Positions 28,929-38,988 of a stretch of DNA of 64,000 nucleotides are shown here, piece after piece. The translations under genes were made by a program, and so were the position numbers. The DNA is from Candidatus Aenigmatarchaeota archaeon. Its GTDB lineage: Archaea; Aenigmatarchaeota; Aenigmatarchaeia; Aenigmatarchaeales; JACQIB01. Within the stretch, counting starts at the first letter, position 1. Every line of letters begins with the position of its first letter. The DNA lies in NCBI GenBank assembly GCA_043799675.1, contig JAZDNN010000024.1, positions 1 to 64,000 on the forward strand, in the 5' to 3' direction. The notes under the pieces were generated by a model. That model saw only the letters and a program-made list of their open reading frames with translations, was not told where the DNA came from and did no database searches.

Positions 28929-29458
28929 ACATGTATCTTCCTATTTGTAAAGGTTGCGCTTGCCCCCGCAATGAAGCCCGCAAGGTGAAAAACGTCGGAC
29001 CTGACCGCAATCATCCGGCCCGCCTCGAAGCTGTTCACCACCGAAACGCCGAAGATGAACATCACGACCATGGGATATGAGAACTTGACAGGTATCATCC
29101 CCCTTGCGCGGTCCAGCGAGACCGCAAGTGCGCCGAATATCGCGGTGCTGTTTCCGGCTATCACCGCCCCGGGGAAGAAGAACAGCAGCGGGACTGCTAT
29201 GAAAGCGCCCAGCGCATAGGCTGTCATGAACCTTGTCGGATTGATATCGAGTTCGATTGCGAGGGCGGCGGTGAGCAGGAGACCCATCAGATTCTCAATC
29301 AGGTGATAGACGTTGAAGTGGGCGAACGGGAACAGCAGGAGGGCCTGCGGATGAAAGTTGGTGAACGAAAGGGATATATCGTCAATGGGTATGGTCAGGA
29401 AGGCGAAAACGTTCATTACCGCCATGGCTGCTGCGAAAAGGGCTATCAGATTCACCAC
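28925..29458 (-). CDS. Rhomboid-family intramembrane protease
   Basis: HLIEN, GNSTAIFG, HLAG. Confidence 0.75.
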   Translation of the reverse strand: MVNLIALFAAAMAVMNVFAFLTIPIDDISLSFTNFHPQALLLFPFAHFNVYHLIENLMGLLLTAALAIELDINPTRFMTAYALGAFIAVPLLFFFPGAVIAGNSTAIFGALAVSLDRARGMIPVKFSYPMVVMFIFGVSVVNSFEAGRMIAVRSDVFHLAGFIAGASATFTNRKIHV

Positions 29459-29462
29459 GGGT

Positions 29463-29606
29463 TCAATCCTCCAGCGCCTTCTTTATCCGTTCATAACGCA
29501 GGACGGAGTGGCGGAGCTTGTTCTTCTGATACCTGATGAACAGAAGAAGCACCATCGCCAGGACCGCACCGCCGAGACCGAATTCAAGCAGCATGGGTGA
29601 TATCAT
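29463..29606 (-). CDS. Small membrane protein
   Basis: MISPMLLEFG... with one TM; overlaps the stop of the upstream gene. Confidence 0.45.
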   Translation of the reverse strand: MISPMLLEFGLGGAVLAMVLLLFIRYQKNKLRHSVLRYERIKKALED

Positions 29607-29836
29607 CGCATCTTCCTCCTCTTCACAAACAGGAAAATCATGAGCAGCATACCCAGCAGCGGGATTCCCGCCGCCCCGATACCCAGTTCCACGGTCTGGC
29701 CGTTGGCGGTCACCACCGGTATGAGCGGGACGTTGAAGGCCGCAGCGTTTATCACGAATACAGCAAGAATTGCGGCAAGCCCTGTCAGGAACGGACTGTC
29801 GAACGCCCTTGACTTTGAGCGCTTTTGCATCCTCAT
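29603..29836 (-). CDS. Small membrane protein
   Basis: Two TM segments. Confidence 0.55.
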   Translation of the reverse strand: MRMQKRSKSRAFDSPFLTGLAAILAVFVINAAAFNVPLIPVVTANGQTVELGIGAAGIPLLGMLLMIFLFVKRRKMR

Positions 29837-29935
29837 CCTTGTCAGAAATCATATTTAAACCTAGACCAATGGGCTCCGGACTATCCTTCCTGACGTTAAC
29901 GTATCGGATAAATCCAGCATCGTATAACAGGTTGC

Positions 29936-30328
29936 ATGCAGATTGCGTGGAGGATAGCTCTCATCCTCCTGACCGGGTTCAGCTTCATCCTGATGCACGA
30001 GCTCGGACACTGGACGGTCGCGGAAGCGTTCTCACTCGACCCCCAATTCGTGCTCGGAGGGGCCAACAGCGGCATACTCGGACTGGCGGTGGGAGTGATG
30101 CACAATCCCGCATCGGCGGGGGAACAAACGATGATAATCCTGGGCGCGACCCTGCTGCCGATGCTGGTGGTGGTTGCGGCCGCCGGGGCGGCCCATTTCA
30201 CCGGAAGCGAGACAGCCGTGATGGTCGCCGAGATATACCTCCTCCTTATAGTGGTAAACCTCGTACCGATACCGGGCGTCGGGCAGCTTGATTCGAACAG
30301 GCTGATGGCCGCGGTACTGCCGCCCTGA
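29936..30328 (+). CDS. M50-like membrane metallopeptidase
   Basis: HELGH and NLVP....D motifs. Confidence 0.75.
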   Translation: MQIAWRIALILLTGFSFILMHELGHWTVAEAFSLDPQFVLGGANSGILGLAVGVMHNPASAGEQTMIILGATLLPMLVVVAAAGAAHFTGSETAVMVAEIYLLLIVVNLVPIPGVGQLDSNRLMAAVLPP

Positions 30329-30363
30329 AGCATAAATAAATGTGCATGATGCTAGTGATTGTC

Positions 30364-30813
30364 ATGCGAATCGTTTTGCCTTTGGCTTTACTGCTGATGG
30401 TCCCGGCGGCCGCATTTGCCGGTGCCGGCGCGCAGGCGACGGCAACTGTGTACGTGTACACCCCTCCGCAGATGATGGTGCAGATAAGCGAGAATTCTTC
30501 CGGCCTCACGTGCGGCTGGACCATCACCGACCCCGATGTAGGCGACACGTTCAGCTCTACTGCGGAATGGTCCGTTGACGGGAAGCAGATGCCCGAGCTG
30601 AGCTCCGAAGTCAACGACTGCGTTGCAGGAAAGGCGTGTCATTCTCCCTTGCTTTCACCCGCAAAGGAGGATGAGGAATGGACATGCAAGGTAAAGGTGA
30701 CCGACAGCTACGGGGCCGTCGGAAACGGGGAAACGAGTTACACCATCGTCCCGCTGGGATTCTTCGGCGGACTTTTCAAGGAAATCGCATGCAACTGGTT
30801 CAAGTGGTGCTGA
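30364..30813 (+). CDS. Secreted hypothetical protein, Ig-like
   Basis: Signal peptide; DPDVGD, WTCKVKVTDSYG. Confidence 0.6.
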   Translation: MRIVLPLALLLMVPAAAFAGAGAQATATVYVYTPPQMMVQISENSSGLTCGWTITDPDVGDTFSSTAEWSVDGKQMPELSSEVNDCVAGKACHSPLLSPAKEDEEWTCKVKVTDSYGAVGNGETSYTIVPLGFFGGLFKEIACNWFKWC

Positions 30814-30883
30814 AATAATCCGGCAACAAGGACCGGCGGCAAAAACGAAAGTATATATTCAACCTCTCCACTCTTTGCCCTAT

Positions 30884-31285
30884 ATGGCGACGACCAAGGT
30901 GGCAATCAAGACCCTGAAGAACGGGAAGTTCTGCATGATTGACGGGGAGCCGTGCAAGGTCCAGAACCTTTCCACGTCGGTCCCGGGCAAGCACGGCGGA
31001 GCGAAGGCCAGGCTGGATGCTGTCGGTCTCTTTGACAACCGGCACCGCTCGATAGTCAAACCGGCGGACACGGAGATAGAGGTCCCCATCGTTGAGAAGA
31101 AGACGGCGCAGGTGGTGGCCGTCAACCCGCCGAACGTCCAGCTGATGGACCTGGAGACCTACGAGACGTTCGATGCAATAATCACCGATGAGCTGAAGGA
31201 CAAGCTCCAGACCGGGATGGAAATCAACTACTGGGACATCGAAGGCAGGAAGATGCTCATCGGAATCCGCGCGGAAAAGGAATGA
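30884..31285 (+). CDS. eif5a: Translation factor aIF5A
   Basis: PGKHGGAKAR hypusine motif; VQLMDLETYE. Confidence 0.96.
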   Translation: MATTKVAIKTLKNGKFCMIDGEPCKVQNLSTSVPGKHGGAKARLDAVGLFDNRHRSIVKPADTEIEVPIVEKKTAQVVAVNPPNVQLMDLETYETFDAIITDELKDKLQTGMEINYWDIEGRKMLIGIRAEKE

Positions 31286-31294
31286 TTACAGACC

Positions 31295-31582
31295 TCAATC
31301 GATCGTTCTCTGGACGGGACCTTTCTTCAGCCTTCCGTAAAGCGTGCCAAGGCCGCCCTCACTGAACATGTATTCCCATCTGCCTTCGCACGGGACCATC
31401 TCCGCCTCGCTGCCCTTTATCATTTCCTTCAGCAGGTCCCTGACGATGCGCGGGGGCGCCCGGAGCGTCAGAACGACCTGCTCAAAGGAGTAAGGACCGG
31501 ACTGCGGAAGCTCCCCTGTCGGGTCCTCGGCGAAGGCGTATATGCACCTGAGGGCGTTCGTGATGTCGATTGGTCCGGTCAT
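31295..31582 (-). CDS. Hypothetical protein
   Basis: 95-aa ORF. Confidence 0.45.
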   Translation of the reverse strand: MTGPIDITNALRCIYAFAEDPTGELPQSGPYSFEQVVLTLRAPPRIVRDLLKEMIKGSEAEMVPCEGRWEYMFSEGGLGTLYGRLKKGPVQRTID

Positions 31583-31612
31583 TCAATCGCTGGGAATTGC
31601 CCGAAAACGGAT

Positions 31613-31822
31613 TTAAGCCTTCTGCTTGCCGCTGGCTGAGAAGACGTCTTCTGCTGTGATCGTCTTTCGGCCTGCGCGTCTGGCTGCCAATGCCGCATCC
31701 AACGCAAGCTCAAAACCTATCTCATCGACCGCTTTCTGGAGCGCCTTTAATGCTTCGGGGGAAATCTTCTCCACCCCGGCGTTCTTCACGATTTTTTCCA
31801 TGGATTCGACCGGCAGAGGCAT
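31613..31822 (-). CDS. Archaeal histone
   Basis: LPVESMEKIVKNAG..ISPEA...AGRKTITAED. Confidence 0.9.
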   Translation of the reverse strand: MPLPVESMEKIVKNAGVEKISPEALKALQKAVDEIGFELALDAALAARRAGRKTITAEDVFSASGKQKA

Positions 31823-31857
31823 TCGGTTTATAAGCCGCTTAACTAAATAAAGACACT

Positions 31858-32259
31858 ATGGCACGTGCGAAGCGCAAGGCAAGGCATGCCGGGAGAACTG
31901 TGCAGGGGAAGCGGAAGGCTGCCGTCAGGGAGCCGACCGTGCAAAGGGTCTCGTTTTCAACCGCGGGGCGGGACGCGCAACTGCGCATGCTGAGGGAGAA
32001 GTTCAAGGAAGAGCTTGGGGAGATAATGAACACGGCGGCGCAAAAACGGAAGAAGGCAAAATCCAAGCAGCTCCAGCAGATAATCCTTTGGGAAATGGAC
32101 CAGATACGGCACGCGGACGCGAAGTACAGGACCGCCATTGACAGGTTGACAAAGGACGTGCCGGCAGGCGACGAGGAGCAGCGGAAGAACGCCCCGATGT
32201 TCAACGAATCTAAGACGGACAAGAGGCCCGCCCCGAAGGAACAGAAGATGGCCGACTAG
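31858..32259 (+). CDS. Hypothetical basic protein
   Basis: 133-aa ORF. Confidence 0.5.
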   Translation: MARAKRKARHAGRTVQGKRKAAVREPTVQRVSFSTAGRDAQLRMLREKFKEELGEIMNTAAQKRKKAKSKQLQQIILWEMDQIRHADAKYRTAIDRLTKDVPAGDEEQRKNAPMFNESKTDKRPAPKEQKMAD

Positions 32260-32366
32260 CTGAAAACAATTGCCTTTTGGCGGGAAAGCATAAGCTTAAA
32301 AGGGTTAACGGAGGATAGCGTTTTATAAGTTTGTATTTTCGCTTCACTACATTAGGGTAGCTAACT

Positions 32367-33362
32367 ATGCCAACCAAAAAGAAGCCTTCGAAACCCGCCA
32401 AGGAGGCCAAGCCGGTCAAGCCGGCAGGAAAGGCCGGCAAGGGCGTCAGTAAATGCCCCGAGTGCGGGACGATGCAGTTCTTCGAGGACGAATCGCGGGG
32501 TGAAAGGGTCTGCGCGCGGTGCGGACTGGTGCTTGAGGAAAGCATGGTCGATACCAGCCCCGAATGGCGTGCTTTTGACGAGGACCAGAGAGGAAAACGG
32601 ACCAGGACGGGAGCACCCCTCACAAGGACCAAGCACGACATGGGAATGACCACCGAGATAGGGAGGGGCAAAGGGGAATTGTTCAGGGTCACGCCGGAGA
32701 AGAGGGCGCAATACCACAGGCTCAAGATATGGCAGAAGAGACTGGTCGAGAGCAAGGACAGGAACCTTTCGTTCGCATTGTCGGAGCTTCAACGGCTCGT
32801 GAGCTTCCTGGGGTTGCCGAAGGGAGTGCACGAGGAAGTGGCAAAGAAGTACGAGCAGGCGGTCGACCGCGGCTTGGTCAGGGGCAGGTCGATGGAATCG
32901 GTCATTGCTTCATTATTGTACGCGGTCACCAGGGAACTGGGGACGCCAAGGACGCTCGAGGAAATTGCCGAAGCAAGCGGCGTGGAAAAGAGGGAAATCG
33001 GAAGGACCTACCGTTACATCGCAAGGGAACTGCATATCAGGATACTGCCGGCTCCGCCGGAAGACTATGTGCCAAGATTTGCCAGCATGCTCGGCCTTTC
33101 CGACAAGGTGCAGGCAAGGGCGATACAATTCTTGAGGAGCGCCAAGCGCGATGAGGTGACGGCAGGCAAGGGCCCTACCGGAGTGGCTGCGGCCGCCCTT
33201 TACATCGCGGCTGTGCTTGAGGGCGAGAAGAGGACGCAGAGGGAGATAGCGGATGCGATAGGCGTGACTGAAGTGACAATCCGCAACAGGTTCAAGGAGC
33301 TCGTTGAGAAGCTCGGAATAGAGAAGGAAGTCGAGGCAAAAGTAAGGGAAATCGGCGGATGA
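32367..33362 (+). CDS. tfb: Transcription initiation factor IIB
   Basis: CPECG zinc ribbon, PEWRAF, two cyclin repeats, GVTEVTIRNR. Confidence 0.97.
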   Translation: MPTKKKPSKPAKEAKPVKPAGKAGKGVSKCPECGTMQFFEDESRGERVCARCGLVLEESMVDTSPEWRAFDEDQRGKRTRTGAPLTRTKHDMGMTTEIGRGKGELFRVTPEKRAQYHRLKIWQKRLVESKDRNLSFALSELQRLVSFLGLPKGVHEEVAKKYEQAVDRGLVRGRSMESVIASLLYAVTRELGTPRTLEEIAEASGVEKREIGRTYRYIARELHIRILPAPPEDYVPRFASMLGLSDKVQARAIQFLRSAKRDEVTAGKGPTGVAAAALYIAAVLEGEKRTQREIADAIGVTEVTIRNRFKELVEKLGIEKEVEAKVREIGG

Positions 33363-33368
33363 AAGGAA

Positions 33369-33602
33369 ATGATTGGAATGAATCTTAACAAGGCCGCGGA
33401 AATAGAGAAATTCAGGCAGGCACTTTCGGAACGAACCAAAAGGCCCGTTGTTTACGACGCCCAGATAGACGCGTACAGGTCCGGGCCTGACGGGAGCGTC
33501 CTGAAAATAACGAGGGATGCGCAAGGCACCGCGGGCAGGATTGAAATAGACGGGGAGACCTTCCCGTTCGAATACGATCCGCAGACCGGACGTTACACAT
33601 AA
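33369..33602 (+). CDS. Hypothetical protein
   Basis: 77-aa ORF after tfb. Confidence 0.45.
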   Translation: MIGMNLNKAAEIEKFRQALSERTKRPVVYDAQIDAYRSGPDGSVLKITRDAQGTAGRIEIDGETFPFEYDPQTGRYT

Positions 33603-33622
33603 TTTTACATATAAAAGCTTAA

Positions 33623-33955
33623 TCAGAACCGCTTCAGCTTTTCCTCGATGAATTTCAGCCTGGCATCAATCGTGTCCAGCTTGCTGAGAATCAGCTCAAG
33701 CCTGTCATTCTCGGCGTGGGCATGCCTGGGCTCTTCCTTCGGCTTCTCGCGCTCGGGCGGGGGCTCGGGATGCTTGCGGGGTATGGTGATATCGAAGCCG
33801 CCTATCTCCGGCTCGTGCCTGACCAGCGGGTCGCCCAGCTCGTCTTCCGGAACGTCCTCGGGACCGGGCAGTCTGAGTTCCCTCTTTACCCTTTCCAGCC
33901 CTCCGGGCAAGTCGTCGTCAAGGGAGCCCTTCTTCCTCTTCAGGCGTTCGAACAT
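33623..33955 (-). CDS. Hypothetical protein with C-terminal coiled coil
   Basis: LELILSKLDTIDARL; start at MFERLK. Confidence 0.6.
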   Translation of the reverse strand: MFERLKRKKGSLDDDLPGGLERVKRELRLPGPEDVPEDELGDPLVRHEPEIGGFDITIPRKHPEPPPEREKPKEEPRHAHAENDRLELILSKLDTIDARLKFIEEKLKRF

Positions 33956-34476
33956 CAGCCTGGCCTCCTGTTGACGGATTCGCGGACATGCGCGTGGGTT
34001 ATCCCGAACCTTTCGCGGAGCTCCGCATCGAAGCTGCGCACCTTCGCCTGGGAGTCGGCCAGGTACCTGCGCAGGACGGGCTTGTAGAACGTGTTGAAAT
34101 ACATATAGTAAAGCATGCCCGTGAACGGATTGTGCCATTCCAGCTCGGTGGTCATGGTAGGCTTCACCCTGACGACTATGTTGCCCGTCTTGGTCTTCTT
34201 GTCATACGTGCCCTGGCATGCGACCTTTATCCAGATTGTCGTCCAGACGTCCTTCTTGTCCTTGTAGCGCCACTCGCCGTACCAGTGGACAGGGTCGCCG
34301 GTCACGTCCCATTCCAGCCGGTCGGTGAAGGTGCATGAGCTGGAGACGCGCCAGTTCCATTTTGCAATATCATTCATCTCGGCAATCACGAAAGTGGGCT
34401 TCGGGACGTTCTTGAACTCGCCCGACCAGTCGCGGTTCGGTGCCAGCACGTCCTGCTGGAACTGTATCTTCGACAT
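33955..34476 (-). CDS. Conserved hypothetical protein (paralog of the adjacent gene)
   Basis: Shares QDVL/QDDLL, KKD.W/DKD.D and TE motifs with 34478-34987. Confidence 0.65.
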   Translation of the reverse strand: MSKIQFQQDVLAPNRDWSGEFKNVPKPTFVIAEMNDIAKWNWRVSSSCTFTDRLEWDVTGDPVHWYGEWRYKDKKDVWTTIWIKVACQGTYDKKTKTGNIVVRVKPTMTTELEWHNPFTGMLYYMYFNTFYKPVLRRYLADSQAKVRSFDAELRERFGITHAHVRESVNRRPG

Positions 34477-34477
34477 C

Positions 34478-34987
34478 TCAATCTTCCTTCCGCTCGTTCG
34501 TGATTTTCTTTACCTCGTCAACGAAGTTCGCTATCATCCGCCGCCCGTTGCGTATCCACTGCTCGCGCTTCCTCTCGTAGAACATGGAATGCCAGACCAT
34601 CCTCAGCACCTCGTACAGCAGGCTCCTCTCCCAGACGGTGTCCTGCGGGTATTCGGTCCTCAGGTTTGCCTCCTTGACCGCTATCTTGACGGTGCCGTAG
34701 CCCTTGTTCTCGCTCCCGCTCAATTCCACCTCAATATAATAATAGCTGAAGTTGTCGAGGTCCTTGTCGGCCTCCCAAAGGACGCTGAACTTCTCGGTCT
34801 CCCCTTTCGTCCAGCTTATCTTCTTCTCCTGAATCTGCCCGGTGTGCACCTTGAACGCGGTGGCCATCAGGTTCGGTATTTCCTTGTAAAGCTTCGACGG
34901 TTCCGGGCCCGTATAGGTTATCTGGACCATCGGCCGCGGGCGCAGCAGATCGTCCTGAAGCATCAGTTTGGTCCGCGCAATTGTCAT
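34478..34987 (-). CDS. Conserved hypothetical protein (paralog of the adjacent gene)
   Basis: Tandem paralog; start at MTIARTKL. Confidence 0.65.
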   Translation of the reverse strand: MTIARTKLMLQDDLLRPRPMVQITYTGPEPSKLYKEIPNLMATAFKVHTGQIQEKKISWTKGETEKFSVLWEADKDLDNFSYYYIEVELSGSENKGYGTVKIAVKEANLRTEYPQDTVWERSLLYEVLRMVWHSMFYERKREQWIRNGRRMIANFVDEVKKITNERKED

Positions 34988-35167
34988 CAGCAAACCTCCG
35001 TGCAATTGTCATGTTTGCGGGACTGCAAGCATGCCTGCTTGCGTCCAGGAACGAAGTTCCTTGATGCCGAAACATTGAGGATGTTTCTCATACGGAGAGA
35101 TTGCTTAGTCGGAATATAAGTATTCGCATGAGGGTAACGCTTTAAGTATCGGCTGCCATCTTATGGC

Positions 35168-35431
35168 ATGTCCTCTCTTTTCGAGCGGATGGAAACCAAC
35201 ATGCAGACCGGACGGGTGTTCCTGGTGTTCGTTGCGATCGTCCTGTTCGCATGGGGACTGGCCAGCATAAGCCTCAAAATCCTGGGGGTCGCGGTCGCGA
35301 CGCTCGGGTTCGCATTCCTGATATGGTTCCCGGGAAGAATCGAGCACCAGAGGAAGCTCTACACAAACGCGATAATAAAACTGGGAGTGCTCTTGGTGGC
35401 TGCCGGGCTGCTGATGCTGATATTCGGGTGA
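35168..35431 (+). CDS. Small three-TM membrane protein
   Basis: Hydrophobic ORF. Confidence 0.6.
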   Translation: MSSLFERMETNMQTGRVFLVFVAIVLFAWGLASISLKILGVAVATLGFAFLIWFPGRIEHQRKLYTNAIIKLGVLLVAAGLLMLIFG

Positions 35432-37246
35432 ATGAATGACAAGCAAAAACCGGGGAATGATGGGATGAGCGACGGAGAAAAACCGTTCTTTCCGCTGCTT
35501 GCGTCAGGCACGAAAGGCAAGTTTGAGACGCCGATGAAGGCCGACCTCAGCAACCAGGACAAGCCGGGAATAATCACAAGTGCCGGCAACAGTCCCTGGT
35601 CGAGCAGGCTGTTGTGGGCCGGCGAAACACTGCCGCCAAGGAGGGAGATCGGAGGCAACCAGTTCATAGCCCTGGACTACACAGGGCCGCCAGGCGAGGG
35701 AAGCGGGATCTACTACAGCCTCATGTTCCAGATGCTCAAGTGGAGATGGAACATCGTGAAGGTGGACGAGAGCATAGAGGTCAGCCCGACCCACCGCGAA
35801 TACTACGAAAGGACCATAGCCACGAAGGGGGCGCTGGAAGGGACCATCAAGGAGGGATTGCGCAGCGCGGCCCAGGCGGTGGCGGATTACGAACTCATAC
35901 TGCACGACATCCGAAAATACAAGGAGATAATGGACTACTTCGAGGCGGTCGCAAAAGCCAGGCAGACCAAGGACAAGGAGGAAAGGAAGAAGAAGGTCGC
36001 TTCGGCGGAGCATGTGCTGAAAGCAATGTACGCGGATCAGGTGGACATCCACACCGGAAACAGCAGCATCGTCCAGATGGCGCAGACGCGGTGGCCGACC
36101 ATCCTTTCGGACTTCATGCGGCTGACCGAAGACATGGACACCATGGACAGGATAAAAGGGGACCTGAAAATCAGCGGCGCGGAAGCTTTGGTGCTCAAGA
36201 CCAAGAACGACCTGTTCAGGGAGTGGCTGAAAATATTCGGCCGGGCCGTCCAGGAAAGGTACGAAAGGCTGACCGGGATAACGATCGCAAGGAAGCGGTG
36301 CGTCGAGGAGTACAGGGAATGGATCAAGCCTTACGTTACCAGGTTCAAGGCGATGAAGACCGGGTCGAACCGGGAGGCGTTCAAGTCGTTCATCGACATA
36401 ACCGGCCAGGCGCTGTACAGCAACGAGATAAAGCTGTGGGCGTGGCAGCCGTACAGGGCGGTCGAGATACACAAGGCGCCGATGGTAAAATCGGGCGACT
36501 TCACTGTCGAACCCGCGGACCCGTGGACGGTTGAGCACTACATAAAATCGCAGGTCACCGGTCTCGCCCACAAGGATTATTATCCGTGGCTGCTGCAGGA
36601 GGAATCCCCGACGTTCAAGAAGGCGTCGGATTATCCGTGGCTCGCCGGATTCAGCACCGAAAAGAAGGTGACCATGGCCGACAACATGATAGCCAGGATA
36701 CGGAACAACTGGAAGAAGGGGGAGATACCGTGCACGGACCCCAACGACAACTACTACCTCTTCATCACCATGGACATCGACCGGGCGGGGAGCCGGCTGC
36801 CCGTAGGAGAGCTTGAGGACATATTGTTCGACATGCGCATGCACGTCATCTCGCACAACGCGCTGCTGATAAAGATGGTGGAGCTCGACTGCCGGGAAAA
36901 GGAGATTGACAGGTACATAGAGGAAATACTGGGCATCAAGAAGGACGACAAGAGCATAGAAGAGCTCGTCAAGAAGGAGTTCCCGGACCTGTTCGGGGTA
37001 CAAAAACCGAAGGAACCGACTCAGTTCGAACTGTTCAAGAAGGAATGGAGCGACACCATAAACGGTTTCATGGCGCCGTTCAAGAGCGCGAACAAGACGC
37101 TCACGAAATCACGCCCGTGGCTGGTCAAGACCGGCCCGTACGAGACCGACTGGGACGAAAGGATAACCAAGCACTACCTCATCCCGTCCGGGCAGGTGTT
37201 CGGCATGGTCACCGGATACCTTATGTCGAAGATGGGCATCGAATAA
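35432..37246 (+). CDS. Large hypothetical helical protein
   Basis: 604-aa ORF with genome-typical codon usage. Confidence 0.7.
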   Translation: MNDKQKPGNDGMSDGEKPFFPLLASGTKGKFETPMKADLSNQDKPGIITSAGNSPWSSRLLWAGETLPPRREIGGNQFIALDYTGPPGEGSGIYYSLMFQMLKWRWNIVKVDESIEVSPTHREYYERTIATKGALEGTIKEGLRSAAQAVADYELILHDIRKYKEIMDYFEAVAKARQTKDKEERKKKVASAEHVLKAMYADQVDIHTGNSSIVQMAQTRWPTILSDFMRLTEDMDTMDRIKGDLKISGAEALVLKTKNDLFREWLKIFGRAVQERYERLTGITIARKRCVEEYREWIKPYVTRFKAMKTGSNREAFKSFIDITGQALYSNEIKLWAWQPYRAVEIHKAPMVKSGDFTVEPADPWTVEHYIKSQVTGLAHKDYYPWLLQEESPTFKKASDYPWLAGFSTEKKVTMADNMIARIRNNWKKGEIPCTDPNDNYYLFITMDIDRAGSRLPVGELEDILFDMRMHVISHNALLIKMVELDCREKEIDRYIEEILGIKKDDKSIEELVKKEFPDLFGVQKPKEPTQFELFKKEWSDTINGFMAPFKSANKTLTKSRPWLVKTGPYETDWDERITKHYLIPSGQVFGMVTGYLMSKMGIE

Positions 37247-37344
37247 CCTTTTGCTCGCTGCTTACCGCAGCTCCAAAAGGTTAATCAAAACATTTACTGA
37301 GCCTGTTTCATAAAAGCTAAATACCAGACAGACGAACCCATGTC

Positions 37345-38976
37345 ATGGCTTATGTTTTGGGCGTGAGCACGGGAACCTTCGGGATAGCCCGGTCCGCCGA
37401 CCCGGAGACCAGGCACGAATACATCGGAATCCCGAAGAAGGCGCTCTGGAGCATCACCAAGGGGGTGAACTTCGCCCAGGTGGACATGGAGAGCGTGTCC
37501 GAGTTCATCGAGCCGGACCTTGAGAAGCAGATAGCCGCGCTTGAGAGGATAGGCATCGACGTCGGCATACACGGGGAGGCGAAGGAATACACGAGCGTGA
37601 TGCCGTACCTGGACAGCGCCCTGTTCGAAGAGTGGCACCGGAGCCATGACAGGCTGATAAAGTCCCTCACCGGCGCCGGAAAGGACATCCATGCGAAATA
37701 CTTTTTGCTTCACAGCTCGGCGAGCACCAGCTGGCAGACGCTCTGGCACGAGTTCCAGCCTACTAATCTGGCCGACATCTGGGGGCGCAGGCTGGACAAG
37801 TTCCTTGAGGACAATCCGGACGTGCAGGAATGGGCGATATCCTCGGAAAGGGTGATGGAGGTCGCCGGCCACCGGACAACCATCATGCCGAAAATTGAGG
37901 ACCAGAAGAAGGAAGCGTTCGAGAACTACGTGGAAAGATGGAAACAAGGGCACGAGGGGAAGGAGCTCAGCTCCGATGAGCTTTCAAAAATGAAGAAGGA
38001 AGCGGAAGAGGCGACGGTGGAACAGTTCAAGCGGATACTGGAAAAATTTGTCACCACCTCCGAGCAGACCTACGGAAGCGAAAGGGTGGCCTACTATTGC
38101 ATCGGGTACTGGATGCAGGAAGGAAGGAGATGCCCGGTACAGCTGAGGGAAATCTGGAAGAGCATCTGCGGAAGGGGAAATGTATCAGATCATAAATGGG
38201 CGGAGGCGGCGGGAGGGAACAACTGGGTCCCGGCGGTGACTTGCGCTTATACCTGGGGTCACTTCAACCCGGACAAGTGCCCGTCATGGCCGAGCGACCT
38301 GAAGAGGCCGGAAGACCCGAAGCCCATCCTCGAAAAATACAACCTGCTGTTCGTACTTGAAACCCCGGTCGCGGGGGCGGGCGAGGAGGAGCTGCTGAGG
38401 CTTGCCAAGCCCACTCACATCTACGCACTGGTCAAGAATATGGGCTCGCCGAATGTCGGGGTGGCGTGGGACTCTGAACACCAGCTCTGCGGGGGGATAG
38501 ACCCGATGAAGGAGGCGGACAGCCTGCCCGACGGGGCGGGAAAGATGGTAAGGGTGATACACGTCGGGTATCCGGCGGTCCTTGGGCCGGCGCACGTCCC
38601 GATACCGCTGGGGAGCGAGGCGCAGGAATACATCTACAGGATGCTGTGGAAGCTCCGCAAGAAGGGTTTCAAGGACGGGTGGATAATATTCGAACGGGGC
38701 GCCGGGCAGGAACCTGTCAAAGAAAGCGTTATCTCCCTGAGAAAGATAATCGAGTTCCTGGACAAGGAAATCGTTCCTGAAAAGCTGCCTGACGAATTCT
38801 ACGGGATGGAGAAGGGCGGGGTGAGGCTGACCAGGCAGGAAGTGGCCATAAAGGACCACGCGATGGACCCGCTGAAAGGGCTGCTGGTGATACCGGAGGA
38901 GGAATACGGGTTCCTTTCAACCGCAGCGGCGGCCAAGGGCAAACTTGAGGAATGGAAGAAGGCCGAGCTGAAGTGA
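37345..38976 (+). CDS. TIM-barrel protein (xylose isomerase/AP-endonuclease-2-like) with helical insertion
   Basis: GIHG, LLHSS, LET, WDSEH, IHV, AHVPIPLG, IFERG metal-site-like motifs. Confidence 0.65.
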   Translation: MAYVLGVSTGTFGIARSADPETRHEYIGIPKKALWSITKGVNFAQVDMESVSEFIEPDLEKQIAALERIGIDVGIHGEAKEYTSVMPYLDSALFEEWHRSHDRLIKSLTGAGKDIHAKYFLLHSSASTSWQTLWHEFQPTNLADIWGRRLDKFLEDNPDVQEWAISSERVMEVAGHRTTIMPKIEDQKKEAFENYVERWKQGHEGKELSSDELSKMKKEAEEATVEQFKRILEKFVTTSEQTYGSERVAYYCIGYWMQEGRRCPVQLREIWKSICGRGNVSDHKWAEAAGGNNWVPAVTCAYTWGHFNPDKCPSWPSDLKRPEDPKPILEKYNLLFVLETPVAGAGEEELLRLAKPTHIYALVKNMGSPNVGVAWDSEHQLCGGIDPMKEADSLPDGAGKMVRVIHVGYPAVLGPAHVPIPLGSEAQEYIYRMLWKLRKKGFKDGWIIFERGAGQEPVKESVISLRKIIEFLDKEIVPEKLPDEFYGMEKGGVRLTRQEVAIKDHAMDPLKGLLVIPEEEYGFLSTAAAAKGKLEEWKKAELK

Positions 38977-38988
38977 TCCGCGCTCTAT

